In this document: piece after piece, positions 1-9,446 of the stretch
How positions within the stretch are numbered: the stretch's first letter is position 1
Layout of the letters: every line of letters begins with the position of its first letter
Source of the DNA: an uncultured bacterium
GTDB taxonomy: Bacteria > Verrucomicrobiota > Verrucomicrobiia > Verrucomicrobiales > DEV007
Direction: 5' to 3'
DNA: 64,000 bases
Assembly (NCBI GenBank): GCA_963977015.1
Contig: CAXBMO010000003.1
Span: 1 to 64,000, forward strand
The notes under the pieces: generated by a model
What the model was told of the DNA's origin: nothing
Databases searched by the model: none
The model's input: only the letters and a program-made list of their open reading frames with translations
Program-made: the position numbers and the translations under genes

Positions 1-47
1 ATGCATTCTCGACTGGATCAGGTAATTTCTAGGTTCTAAAACACGAC

Positions 48-695
48 CTAGTCCAATTCCCCCGTTTCAACCCATTTCACGGCCTGATGCATCAGTTCGG
101 TCGCATCTTTGAACCCCAGCTTTTCCTTAATGTGCGTACGATGTGCATCGATGGTTCGGACGCTGATATGGAGCATGCCTGCGATCTCGCGGCTGGCCTT
201 ACCTTCTCCGAGAAGCCGAAATACCTCCAATTCGCGGTCGGTCAGTCGGCCGATTCCAAAGCCTTGGGCGGATCGGCCATTGGCAAAATTTTGAACGATC
301 CGGGCTGACACTGCATCGCTGACAAAGACACCACCGGTAAGTACTTGTCGAACAGCTTGAACCAATTTATCGGGCGCCTCTTCCTTCATGACGTATCCCC
401 GGGCCCCGGCTCTCAGTGCGCGTTCCGCATACGTATTCTCATCGTGCATGGAGACGATGAGGACGAGGAGATTGCTATGAATTGCGCGAAGATCCTTGAC
501 CAGTTCCAGCCCGTTTTTATCCGGAAGGGTGACGTCGATCAGGACGAGATCAGGGGCTTTGATTTGTAAATCGGCGAATGCCTCTGCGGCAGTTCCCGCT
601 TGCCCAATCACTTTCAGGTCCTTCTCGGCGTCGATGAGGGCTACCAAGCCGAACCTCATCACCGGATGGTCATCGATAATGTAGATCTCACTCAT
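48..695 (-). CDS. NarL/LuxR-family response regulator (REC + HTH)
   Basis: N-terminal IIDDHP, phospho-acceptor in VLIDVTLP, C-terminal LTDRELEVFRLLGEG...HRTHIKEKLG LuxR-type HTH; 15 nt downstream of the sensor kinase. Confidence 0.95.
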   Translation of the reverse strand: MSEIYIIDDHPVMRFGLVALIDAEKDLKVIGQAGTAAEAFADLQIKAPDLVLIDVTLPDKNGLELVKDLRAIHSNLLVLIVSMHDENTYAERALRAGARGYVMKEEAPDKLVQAVRQVLTGGVFVSDAVSARIVQNFANGRSAQGFGIGRLTDRELEVFRLLGEGKASREIAGMLHISVRTIDAHRTHIKEKLGFKDATELMHQAVKWVETGELD

Positions 696-710
696 TAATG
701 GGAGCCTTTC

Positions 711-2129
711 TTAAGGGAAGTGGACAAGGCATTCGACGGTTGTTCCATTTTCTTCAGTAGTGCGGATTTCGAATTCGCCGCCAAGAGCGCGGGCGCGATG
801 CGCCATGGTGAGAAGACCCAATCCGGATTGAATGTTCGTGGAGTCCTGCATTCCGTGCCCGTCGTCGTGGATCCGGAGTCGGACATTGGAACCTTCTTCA
901 AAGAGATGGATGGTGATCAGGGCTGGAGCGGCGTGTTTGACGGCGTTGTTGACGGCTTCCTGTGCGATTCGAAAGAGTTGAACCATCTCCTCCAGACTGC
1001 CGAGTTTAATCCGTTTGCTGGCTCGAAGGCGGCATTTGACCGGTGCATAAATTTGCTCGGTGGAACTCGCAAGGTCCTCCAGCGCTCCAATCAAACCCTC
1101 TGTCTCGAGAACTGCGGGAACGAGTCCTTTGGCGATTTCACGGGCTCGGACGTTGGCTTGAGAAACCATATCCCCAATCTGCGAAAGATGCTCAGCACCC
1201 TCTTCGTAAACGTTGCGGAGTCTCTGCTCGAGAACCTTGGTGAGGCACCCGATACTGGCCAGCTGTTGGCACAGGTCGTCATGAATGTCCTGTCCGATTC
1301 TTCGTTGTTCCTTTTCGCTCGCGTGAAGCACCTGTTCCTCAAGGCGTTTCTGTTCCGTGATGTCATGGGCACAAATGACTGCTCCTGAATGGTCTTCGCC
1401 CTGGGTTTGGGTTGCACGTACCGCAACGGCGATTCTTTTTCCGGACTTGGTGACACACCAGACCGTCTCTTCCGTTTTTTGATGCTCAGCGACGGTTTTC
1501 ATGATCCGCCCGCATCGCCCGGAATCTTCTTTTGGGAGGAGCATCTCTGCCGATTTCCCAATCACTTCTTCGGAGGAATATCCATAAATCGTCTCCGCGC
1601 CCCGATTCCAACTTAGCAAAATGCCATCTGATCGAACCATGAAAACCGCATCGTGAATATTGGCCAGGATCTCTGCCTGCTTCTGAAGCGCTTGGTTGCT
1701 GTGCTGCAATTCCGTTGCATAAGCGGTTAGTTTGTCTTCGGCGTTCTTTCGCTCGGTGATGTCTACAATCGAGCTGACGATGAGCTTCCCTTCCGGGGTA
1801 TCCACCGGGGTAATGCCGATCTCGACCGGAAACTCCTTGCCATCTTTTCGAACGGCGTAGAGGTCTCGGCCTTGTCCCATCGCGCGGGTCGTGGCCGCTT
1901 TCGCATACTGTTGTCGATGCCCAAGGTGACCCTTTCGAAGATTCTCTGGAACCAAATCTTCGATCTTCAGTTGCAGGAACTCGATACGCGAATAACCGAA
2001 AAGCTCTTCTGCGGTTTTATTAACGAGGACGATTGAGCCACGGAAGTCTGCGGCCACAATCCCATTGGGGGCTGCTTCAAGGACTCGTTGAAAAACGTCC
2101 TGAGCATCCGGTGTTTTGGTGTGTCCCAT
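711..2129 (-). CDS. Cytoplasmic two-PAS sensor histidine kinase (HisKA_3/NarX type)
   Basis: Two PAS/PAC units, H-box IGQDIHDDLCQQL, N-box QEAVNNAVKH, DDGHG and GLGL boxes; no TM segment. ATG at 2129 chosen because AAGAGGTG (SD-like) precedes it; the ORF extends to TTG 2165. Confidence 0.93.
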   Translation of the reverse strand: MGHTKTPDAQDVFQRVLEAAPNGIVAADFRGSIVLVNKTAEELFGYSRIEFLQLKIEDLVPENLRKGHLGHRQQYAKAATTRAMGQGRDLYAVRKDGKEFPVEIGITPVDTPEGKLIVSSIVDITERKNAEDKLTAYATELQHSNQALQKQAEILANIHDAVFMVRSDGILLSWNRGAETIYGYSSEEVIGKSAEMLLPKEDSGRCGRIMKTVAEHQKTEETVWCVTKSGKRIAVAVRATQTQGEDHSGAVICAHDITEQKRLEEQVLHASEKEQRRIGQDIHDDLCQQLASIGCLTKVLEQRLRNVYEEGAEHLSQIGDMVSQANVRAREIAKGLVPAVLETEGLIGALEDLASSTEQIYAPVKCRLRASKRIKLGSLEEMVQLFRIAQEAVNNAVKHAAPALITIHLFEEGSNVRLRIHDDGHGMQDSTNIQSGLGLLTMAHRARALGGEFEIRTTEENGTTVECLVHFP

Positions 2130-2391
2130 ATACACCTCTTTAGCTGAAAAATGCGAGAAATCCAAGTTGGCTAGTCGTTATTGGCCCACATTCGGGCTAT
2201 CCCGAAGCGAGGGATTGAACCGAGATTGGTGATGAAATCCATCTGAGCGATCTTAGAATCCCTTCGCTGAGGCGACCTCGCGTGAATTGCTCAACAATGT
2301 GCGGAAATAGTTCATCCCATTTTCGTCAAACCATGATCCCGCGTTCAAAAATCTTGTCTCCAAGGTGAAATTGAAACTAGTTTGAATCACT

Positions 2392-3018
2392 ATGTTCCGG
2401 TCCATTTCAGCTCTTGTCCTTCTGCTTCAGACTGCCTTGCCTTTGGTGGCGAAGGATTCCACGGAAAACTTTGAGAGTTTTGCGGTGGGAACAGAACCGG
2501 ATTTATTCATCCTTGACGGAACCTTCACGGTTGAGCTGGATGGCGGAAACAAGGTATTGAGCCTTGATCCATCTCCCTTGGTTGAAGGTACCGTTCAAAT
2601 TGGGAAGTCATTGAGGACCGGTGCCGAGATTACAGCTCGAGTAAAAGGGGCTCAGAAGCGCCGGAGTTTTCCTCGTTTTGGCGTTTCACTCCATGGGTTG
2701 TCGGGCTACAAGCTCCGCGTAGTTCCCGCCAAACAAATCCTCGAATTGGTGAAGAACGACGAAGTCATTCAGACTTCTCCATTTGTCTGGTCCACGGACC
2801 AATGGCATGTGCTCAGATTAAGAGTTCAGCGATTGGACGACGAGAGGTGGTCGGTTTCCGGTTGGGTTTGGGCCGAGGCGACGAATCCGCCCGAACACGC
2901 CAACATTGAGTATATCGGGGAGGCGAAACGGTTTCAGGGAAAGGCCGCCATCATAGGCACACCCTATTCCGGAAGTCCGATTTTATTTGATGATGTACAA
3001 ATTACGCCTCTTGACTGA
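2392..3018 (+). CDS. Exported beta-rich protein, possibly ConA-like fold
   Basis: Signal peptide MFRSISALVLLLQTALPLVA; WHVLRLRV and ILFDDVQI resemble lectin/ConA-like beta-sandwich ends. Function unknown. Confidence 0.6.
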   Translation: MFRSISALVLLLQTALPLVAKDSTENFESFAVGTEPDLFILDGTFTVELDGGNKVLSLDPSPLVEGTVQIGKSLRTGAEITARVKGAQKRRSFPRFGVSLHGLSGYKLRVVPAKQILELVKNDEVIQTSPFVWSTDQWHVLRLRVQRLDDERWSVSGWVWAEATNPPEHANIEYIGEAKRFQGKAAIIGTPYSGSPILFDDVQITPLD

Positions 3019-3048
3019 GAAGGGGAGCTTACCAAAACCGACTGGCCC

Positions 3049-3104
3049 AAAAAAGGCTTTCCCGGTTGCACTGAAAATAGGTAATCAGCACGAACCGGGA
3101 AAGC
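3049..3104 (-). terminator. Intrinsic terminator between convergent genes
   Basis: 12-bp perfect inverted repeat GCTTTCCCGGTT (3056-3067) / AACCGGGAAAGC (3093-3104), followed on the minus strand by a T6 run (3049-3054). Confidence 0.7.
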
Positions 3105-3137
3105 GGAGTGTTTTCTTGTATTACGGGCGTTGGCCGC

Positions 3138-3494
3138 TCAAAACTGTGACTGTTGGTCTGGTTCTCCAGGGTGAGTCATAATCAGCTGACTTTGGCACAA
3201 CGAGCACCCCTGTGATGATGCGGAGCGAAATGGTTGCCCATCAGACATTGCAATGTATTGACACTGCTCGTTTGGGCAAATCCACTCCCCATGCGTCAGG
3301 AGGGCAAGGAAGCCAGGTTCAGAGATGTGTGAATTCCCGGAGTTCGGGTTTTGAGCCTTGTATGAGGCACTGTTTTCCGGCGAGCCGGAAGAAGCGAATA
3401 CCACAATGGCAAACGCAGCCAACAGCGATCCGCTGACAAGAACCTTTATCGTTGACATGTTAGACATTGGATCAGAAAACGGTTTAAATTTCAA
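3138..3494 (-). CDS. Small exported or membrane-anchored protein with Cys4 (zinc-ribbon-like) motif
   Basis: Hydrophobic N-terminus (VLVSGSLLAAFAIVVFA), then WICPNEQC...CSLC; followed by a terminator on the same strand. Start uncertain (several Met). Confidence 0.55.
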   Translation of the reverse strand: MKFKPFSDPMSNMSTIKVLVSGSLLAAFAIVVFASSGSPENSASYKAQNPNSGNSHISEPGFLALLTHGEWICPNEQCQYIAMSDGQPFRSASSQGCSLCQSQLIMTHPGEPDQQSQF

Positions 3495-3606
3495 GTCTTA
3501 AGTTATTGTGTGTGGGAGCCGTTTAAGATTAACAGTTCCAATCAAAAGACCGTGGCCAGATGACTATTTGCAGCTTTATTCAAAAAAAGTTCGTGGAATC
3601 GAAAAT

Positions 3607-4344
3607 ATGAGCGCTAGCGCAATTGAAGAGGATTTCAGCCTCGTCCAAACCCTTCTCAAGGGGGATACGAAGGCTGGAAATGAGTTTGCAAGCCGTTTTA
3701 GAGACGACCTCGTGGGGTGGCTCTGTTCCAAATGCGATGCCAATGACGGGCGTTCTCGGGAGAAAGCCGTCGACATTGTGGACAATCTGATTGCTGAGTG
3801 TGTTGCGGGGGATCCGGTGAAGGGGAAACCCCCTCTTTTGACAAAGTTCGCTGGCCGCGGATCGCTCGAGGGATGGTTGCGGCGTTCATCGCGCTGCCGG
3901 CTCATCAGTTGGTGGCGAAGTTTGGAATATCGCTCAGAACAGACCGAGTCGACGATGACCACCGAGGATGACAGCCAGCCTCTTGAGTCCCGATTTGCGG
4001 CGGCTGACTCGATTCATACCGAGCCAGCGATTGCGGAGGTACTAAAGGATGGCCTGCAGTTTGCCTTTGGCAAAGCGGCGAAAGAAGAGCCGCTGGGCGT
4101 CATTTTTCTGCGACTTTCGAGTTTGCATGGCATTCAGAAGCAGCGGTTGGCTCAGGCATGGGATCGCGATCCCGCCCAAGCCGGACGGAGAATCTCCAAG
4201 GCACTTGAGATCATTCGAAGTTCGGCCCAGGAGTATGTAAGGGCGGTGGATCCATTTCTGGATTTGGAGTGGGAGGACTACCTCAAAGTGTTTCAAACCT
4301 ACCCAAGACTGCTGCATGGGGATATGGAGGACGTGGAAGATTAA
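3607..4344 (+). CDS. ECF-type RNA polymerase sigma factor (atypical)
   Basis: Region-2-like DFSLVQTLLKGDTKA, KAVDIVDNL, FAGRGSLEGWLRR; region-4 HTH-like HGIQKQRLAQAWDRDPAQAGRRISKALEIIR. ATG 3607 preferred over GTG 3508. Confidence 0.7.
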   Translation: MSASAIEEDFSLVQTLLKGDTKAGNEFASRFRDDLVGWLCSKCDANDGRSREKAVDIVDNLIAECVAGDPVKGKPPLLTKFAGRGSLEGWLRRSSRCRLISWWRSLEYRSEQTESTMTTEDDSQPLESRFAAADSIHTEPAIAEVLKDGLQFAFGKAAKEEPLGVIFLRLSSLHGIQKQRLAQAWDRDPAQAGRRISKALEIIRSSAQEYVRAVDPFLDLEWEDYLKVFQTYPRLLHGDMEDVED

Positions 4345-4436
4345 GGGAGAAATTCCCAAGGTTCGCAAGGAGGACCAGGGAAAGCGTCTGCAGCTTATCC
4401 TTAATTGAACTCCCAATAGCTGAAATAGATAAAATC

Positions 4437-4661
4437 ATGACCCTACACGAAGAATTTAACCTGATGTGCGATTTCCTCGGCGCTATGAGCCCGGAAATCG
4501 AGCCACGGGATGCCGCAGCTCTATCCGAGGAAGAGCAGCTAGTGCTCGAAAAAATTGCAAATGGTGAGAGCAGCGACAGCGAAAGAAGCAGCGTTCTTGA
4601 TCTGCTTGTTGAAAATAGCACGGCGCTCGAGTTTCTCGCTGCCAAGTTGGCAGCGGGTTGA
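4437..4661 (+). CDS. Small acidic helical protein (74 aa), possible anti-sigma or sigma partner
   Basis: ATG 4437, MTLHEEFNLMCDFL...LEFLAAKLAAG; lies between the sigma gene and a terminator. The role is inferred from position only. Confidence 0.55.
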   Translation: MTLHEEFNLMCDFLGAMSPEIEPRDAAALSEEEQLVLEKIANGESSDSERSSVLDLLVENSTALEFLAAKLAAG

Positions 4662-4693
4662 GCATTAGGTCCTCAAGAATAGAGGAAAGGAAG

Positions 4694-4723
4694 AACGGTT
4701 GGACCCAACCGTTTTTTCTTTTT
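4694..4723 (+). terminator. Intrinsic terminator, possibly bidirectional
   Basis: AACGGTTG-GACC-CAACCGTT hairpin followed by TTTTCTTTTT, between the convergent 74-aa ORF and ptsI. Confidence 0.8.
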
Positions 4724-4735
4724 GTAGGAGGGGAC

Positions 4736-6514
4736 TCAGGTCAGGAGCTCAGGATAGAGAGCCAAAGCAACCTCCCTGCATCGTTCTGTGACCATTTCAG
4801 GAGCACTGGCGGATTGGACCTGTAAGACCAGCTCTTCGCAATCCTTCTTATTGAGACGCCGGATCGCCCTCTTGACGAAAGGAACCTGGCTTGCGCTGAC
4901 ACTCAATTCGGATACTCCCAAGCCAACCAACAGGGGAGTGGAGAGAATGTCACTAGCCATTTCTCCGCAGACTCCAACCCAAATCCCATGGCGATTCGCC
5001 GCTTCGGCCGTCATCTGAATCAACCTTAACACCGCCGGGTGATGAGGGGCATAGAGGTTGGCAACCCTTTCGTTTACCCGGTCAACCGCGATGGTGTATT
5101 GAACGAGGTCATTCGTTCCAATGCTAAAAAAATCGACTTCTTTGGCCAGGGAGTCGGCGATCAAGGCTGCGCTTGGGATTTCAATCATGACTCCCACCTT
5201 GATTTCGTTGTCGAACGGAAGACCTTCAGAACGAAGCGATGCTTTTGCCTCTTCCAGAACGGCTTTGGCGTCGAGGAGTTCCTGAAGGCACGAGACCATC
5301 GGGAACATGATGGCAACTTTACCCTGTGCACTGGCCTTGAGGATCGCACGCAACTGGGACATGAACATTTCATGTTCTTCCAGGCAGACACGAATCCCCC
5401 TCCATCCGAGAAACGGGTTGGGTTCTTCCGGAATTAGTGAACCCGGTAGTTTGTCACCCCCAAGATCAAGAGTTCTGACGATGGTGCCATGTGGATCGGA
5501 GCCCCTTGCTGTTCGTCCATACTCTTCAGTGAGGGTGTCCTCGCTCGGCATACTGCCCTGATTAAGGTACAAATACTCCGTTCGATATAAACCGATACCT
5601 TCTCCTCCCATTTTGATGACTTGTTCAACCTCGTAGGAAAACTCGATGTTGCAGGAGAGTGTTACTCGAAAGCCGTCGGTCGTTTCTGCAGGTTGATCGA
5701 CAATCTCCTCCAAGGTCTTTTGGAGCTTTTCCTTTTCGACCTGAACCCGATCATAATGAGCAATGGTTTTTGGGGACGGGTGGAGGATCAGAACTCCTTC
5801 ATAACCGTCGAGAAGCACTTCATCCCCGGTATGGACGAGAGTGTGAATATCATGAAGTCCCACGGTGGCGGGGAGATTCATGGACCGCGCAATGATGGCG
5901 GTGTGAGAAGTTTGAGCCCCGGCTTCCGTGGCAAATCCGAGGATGAGTCCCCGGTCGATTGATGCCGTCTCTGAAGGTGAAAGGTCGTGCGCCAGCAGGA
6001 TATGCGGATGATCGGTCTTCGATTCTGTTGGCGATTCCTTTGTGCCTCCGGGTTTGAGATTTCGCAGAACCCGTCGGGTCACATCCTGCAGGTCGTCAGC
6101 TCGCTCGCTCAGGTAGGGATCGCCCACCTGGCGCAGGCTTTCCTTATACTCGGTAAGAACGCCAAAGAATGCCGCTTCGATGTTGATTTTTTCTTGTTCC
6201 ACCCGGTCGAAGACCTGCTTTAACATGCTGTGATCCTCTAAAACCATCACATGTGCTTCGAAGATGCTGGCATTGTCGGCACCGATGGTTGAGCGGACCT
6301 GCTTGTGAAGAGAGGTGAGTTGGCGCCTTGTCTCTACCAGCGCTTGCTCGAAACGGTTCCGCTCCTTCTCGATGTCCGATTCTTGAATGGTGTAGACTTC
6401 CGGCTCATCGAATGATGGTCCGCGAACAACCGCTACGCCTGACACGATGCCGGCGGAAACTGCGATTCCCTCAATCCTTTGTTCCTCCTTGGGGCTGTCG
6501 TCTATTCGATCCAT
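4736..6514 (-). CDS. ptsI: Phosphoenolpyruvate-protein phosphotransferase (PTS enzyme I)
   Basis: TSHTAIIAR phospho-His motif, GIGLYRTE, RTLDLGGDK, EPNPFLGWRG, DFFSIGTNDL, GVCGEMA; no N-terminal GAF domain. ATG 6514 chosen (ORF extends to 6541). Confidence 0.97.
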   Translation of the reverse strand: MDRIDDSPKEEQRIEGIAVSAGIVSGVAVVRGPSFDEPEVYTIQESDIEKERNRFEQALVETRRQLTSLHKQVRSTIGADNASIFEAHVMVLEDHSMLKQVFDRVEQEKINIEAAFFGVLTEYKESLRQVGDPYLSERADDLQDVTRRVLRNLKPGGTKESPTESKTDHPHILLAHDLSPSETASIDRGLILGFATEAGAQTSHTAIIARSMNLPATVGLHDIHTLVHTGDEVLLDGYEGVLILHPSPKTIAHYDRVQVEKEKLQKTLEEIVDQPAETTDGFRVTLSCNIEFSYEVEQVIKMGGEGIGLYRTEYLYLNQGSMPSEDTLTEEYGRTARGSDPHGTIVRTLDLGGDKLPGSLIPEEPNPFLGWRGIRVCLEEHEMFMSQLRAILKASAQGKVAIMFPMVSCLQELLDAKAVLEEAKASLRSEGLPFDNEIKVGVMIEIPSAALIADSLAKEVDFFSIGTNDLVQYTIAVDRVNERVANLYAPHHPAVLRLIQMTAEAANRHGIWVGVCGEMASDILSTPLLVGLGVSELSVSASQVPFVKRAIRRLNKKDCEELVLQVQSASAPEMVTERCREVALALYPELLT

Positions 6515-6586
6515 ATGCTCGCTAGCGAGTGATCTAATCACATTAAGTTACAATGATCGCAATCGAGGTGATGAAGTTGCTCCTGA

Positions 6587-6856
6587 TCAGTTTGGTGTGA
6601 AACCCCCAATAACCAATCGCTCAATCTCGGCCATGGCCTCGGCCGCATCATCTCCATCAATCGAAACTTCGACCGCCTCCCCATGCCCCGCCGCCAGCAT
6701 CATCAAGCCCATGATGCTCTTCCCATTCACTTCTTCACCATCTTTCGTGACCCAAATCTCCGACTGATACCGGTTTGCGACCTTCACAAACAAAGCAGCA
6801 GGTCTAGCATGCAACCCCTGTTTGTTGGTAATCGTGAAGGTCTTGTTGAGGGCCAT
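6587..6856 (-). CDS. ptsH: Phosphocarrier protein HPr
   Basis: GLHARPAA (His15) and NGKSIMGLMML (Ser46). Confidence 0.97.
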   Translation of the reverse strand: MALNKTFTITNKQGLHARPAALFVKVANRYQSEIWVTKDGEEVNGKSIMGLMMLAAGHGEAVEVSIDGDDAAEAMAEIERLVIGGFTPN

Positions 6857-6921
6857 GAAAGTTCTCGGACTGAATTAATGTGAAAACGTAGTGTGATGGG
6901 GATTTTGCGCGCTCAAACAGG

Positions 6922-7905
6922 CTAATTAATCCGGCGTTCACGCATGATTTTCAACAGTTTCTTATTAAATTCGACTGCGGAATTGTATCCAAAGCTTCGT
7001 AGCTTCTGATCCAGTGCCGCAACTTCGACCAATTGGGCAAGGTCTCGCCCTGGTGCTACCGGGATTTCCACTTCGGGAACGCGCAATCCCAGTAACTGAT
7101 ATTTCTTCTGTTCCATACCAAGGCGATCGACTTCGCCCATGTCTGTCGCGATTCTGAGAGTGCAGACCAAGTTAAGGCGTTTTTCGAGGCGAATGCTTCC
7201 GACTCCAAACAACGCACCCACATTGATGATTCCCAGACCGCGAACTTCCATGTGGGAACGCCCGAGTTCCGGAGATTCTCCAACTAGTTCTCGATTTTCG
7301 AGGTTTCGAAACAGGACCATGTCGTCGGCTACCAGGCTTGACCCTCGCCGAAGTAGCGACAAAACGCATTCGCTCTTACCCGTGCCACTGTTTCCGCGGA
7401 TCAAAACGCCGATTCCCATCACGTCTACCATACACCCGTGGACCGTCGCGGTGGGAGCAAACTCCCATTCAAGCTGAATGGTCGCCGCATTGATGAAATT
7501 CATCGTGACCATCGTCGTACGGAATACGGAGACACCACGCTTGTTCGCAATATCCAGCAGTTCGTCGGAGAGTGTGTCTCCGCGACTGATAATGATGCAG
7601 GGGATGTCTTGCTCGCAGAACTCTTTGAAGCGGCTTTTTGCTTCGGCAGGATCGAGTTGCTTCAGATAGGATCTCTCGGCCTTACCAAGAACCTGAATTC
7701 GCATGTAGGCAAAGTAATCGTAGTAGCCAGAAAGGGCTAAGCCGGGGCGATTGATGGTCGGTTCACGAATCTTGCGATCGAAACCGCTCTGATCACCGAT
7801 CAAGCGCATTCCAAGCTCTTTGCCGTGCCGATCAAAGTATTCCCGGACGGTGATACTCTCGACTCGCTTGCCTTTGGGGGCTCTATCTGGTCTTGAAGAT
7901 TCCAA
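6922..7905 (-). CDS. hprK: HPr(Ser) kinase/phosphorylase
   Basis: INRPGLALSGY, Walker A GNSGTGKSE, LVADD, MEVRGLGII, PVAPGRDLA. Confidence 0.97.
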   Translation of the reverse strand: MESSRPDRAPKGKRVESITVREYFDRHGKELGMRLIGDQSGFDRKIREPTINRPGLALSGYYDYFAYMRIQVLGKAERSYLKQLDPAEAKSRFKEFCEQDIPCIIISRGDTLSDELLDIANKRGVSVFRTTMVTMNFINAATIQLEWEFAPTATVHGCMVDVMGIGVLIRGNSGTGKSECVLSLLRRGSSLVADDMVLFRNLENRELVGESPELGRSHMEVRGLGIINVGALFGVGSIRLEKRLNLVCTLRIATDMGEVDRLGMEQKKYQLLGLRVPEVEIPVAPGRDLAQLVEVAALDQKLRSFGYNSAVEFNKKLLKIMRERRIN

Positions 7906-7909
7906 CCAT

Positions 7910-8524
7910 CTATCCGGGTGAATCCTTACCGTCGAGATTCGGTTCGATCAGACCATAATCGCCGTCCGGACGCTTGAAGAGAACGGCAAGCTTGTCATTT
8001 TTCTGGTTCTGGAAAACCATGAACGCCTTTTCGTTCATCTCCATTTCCATTATCGCTTCGTCGGTAAAGAGCGGGCGCACCTTGAAATTCTCCTTGTGGA
8101 TGATGTGGGGCTCAACGTCAGGCGTGGATTCATCAGTCTCCGTATCGGGCAGTTCCGGGGCGAAAACCTGTTCAGGCAAGACTCTTGTCTTCCCTTTTCG
8201 CGGCCGGTGGGAGCGGCTCAGCATACGAGTCTTGTATTTACGCATACGACGGGCAATCTTGCTGATCGTCTCGTCAATGGAGGCGTAAACGTCCTCGGAC
8301 ACGGTGCTTGCATCAATTGTGATGTGGTTGGCGCAGTGGAGAATAATTTCAGCAAAGTGCCTGAATCCATTTTCGACATCAAGAACCACTCTGGCCTCAA
8401 TGATTCGCGGGTAATCCAGGTGAAGCGTTTCGACTTTCTTCCTGGCGTAGTCTCTCATCTGCTCTGTGATGCTTGAGTGACGTCCTGTTACGGTGATTGG
8501 AAGATTAACGTTTGCTGTCTGCAT
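7910..8524 (-). CDS. hpf: Long-form ribosome hibernation promoting factor
   Basis: ITVTGRH, DVYASIDE...RRMRKYK, plus C-terminal domain DEAIMEME...KRPDGDYGLIEP. Confidence 0.93.
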   Translation of the reverse strand: MQTANVNLPITVTGRHSSITEQMRDYARKKVETLHLDYPRIIEARVVLDVENGFRHFAEIILHCANHITIDASTVSEDVYASIDETISKIARRMRKYKTRMLSRSHRPRKGKTRVLPEQVFAPELPDTETDESTPDVEPHIIHKENFKVRPLFTDEAIMEMEMNEKAFMVFQNQKNDKLAVLFKRPDGDYGLIEPNLDGKDSPG

Positions 8525-8600
8525 GATAAGTTTCGTACACTAAAAAAAAGGGAGATTCGACCCAAAACTTTCGACTTGGATCAAATCGATGGGGGTTGTT

Positions 8601-9398
8601 TCACATACTGAATCGCTCGCCCAGGTAGAGCTCGCGACTGACGGGGTCATTGATGAGAAAATCACTGGTTCCTTCGCGGACGACCTTACCTTCCGAAATC
8701 AGATAAGCTCGATCCACAATCGAAAGCATTTCGCGCACATTGTGATCGGTGATGAGAATTGCCAACCCCGCTTCGCGCAGGCTCAGAACAATCTCTTGCA
8801 CATCATTCACCGCGATTGGATCCACTCCACTGAAGGGTTCATCAAGCATCAAGAGGCTTGGCTCCGTCACCAGGGACCGGGCGATGGTCAGGCGTCGCTT
8901 CTCACCACCCGAAAGGGTTAGGGCGACGCTCTTTTCAAGGTGAGATATTCCGAAACGCCTCATGAGGGCGTCTGTTCGTTCGATCTTTTCTTTGCGTTTC
9001 AGGTCGAGGGTTTCCATTACGGCCATGATATTCTCGCGAACCGTCAACTTCCGAAAAATCGACTCTTCCTGAGGCAAATATCCCATTCCCAAGCGTGCCC
9101 GCTGATACATGGGCATGTGGGTGACCTCCGCATGATTGAAAACGACTTTCCCGCTGTGGGGAGGGACGATGCCGACGATCATGTAGAATGTCGTCGTTTT
9201 TCCTGCCCCGTTTGGCCCCAGCAATCCGACGATTTCCCCAGGACGAACGTTGATATTCACTCCGTTGACCACGGCCCGCCCGTCATAGACTTTCTTGAGG
9301 GAGTGAGTGTGAAGGAGGAACTCGTTTTGGTTGGGTTGAGGTGCCTGGGCCGTTTGCGGAGTTGGTTGAATCGGTTGCTGGCTCGCCAGTGTTGTCAT
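8601..9398 (-). CDS. lptB: LPS export ABC transporter ATP-binding protein
   Basis: GPNGAGKTTTFY, YLPQEESIFRKL, LSGGEKRR, LDEPFSGVDP, ITDHNVRE, YLGERF. Confidence 0.97.
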   Translation of the reverse strand: MTTLASQQPIQPTPQTAQAPQPNQNEFLLHTHSLKKVYDGRAVVNGVNINVRPGEIVGLLGPNGAGKTTTFYMIVGIVPPHSGKVVFNHAEVTHMPMYQRARLGMGYLPQEESIFRKLTVRENIMAVMETLDLKRKEKIERTDALMRRFGISHLEKSVALTLSGGEKRRLTIARSLVTEPSLLMLDEPFSGVDPIAVNDVQEIVLSLREAGLAILITDHNVREMLSIVDRAYLISEGKVVREGTSDFLINDPVSRELYLGERFSM

Positions 9399-9446
9399 AA
9401 AAATGGATAGATAAAGAAACTGTTCTTCTCGAGAAACCTAAAGCTG

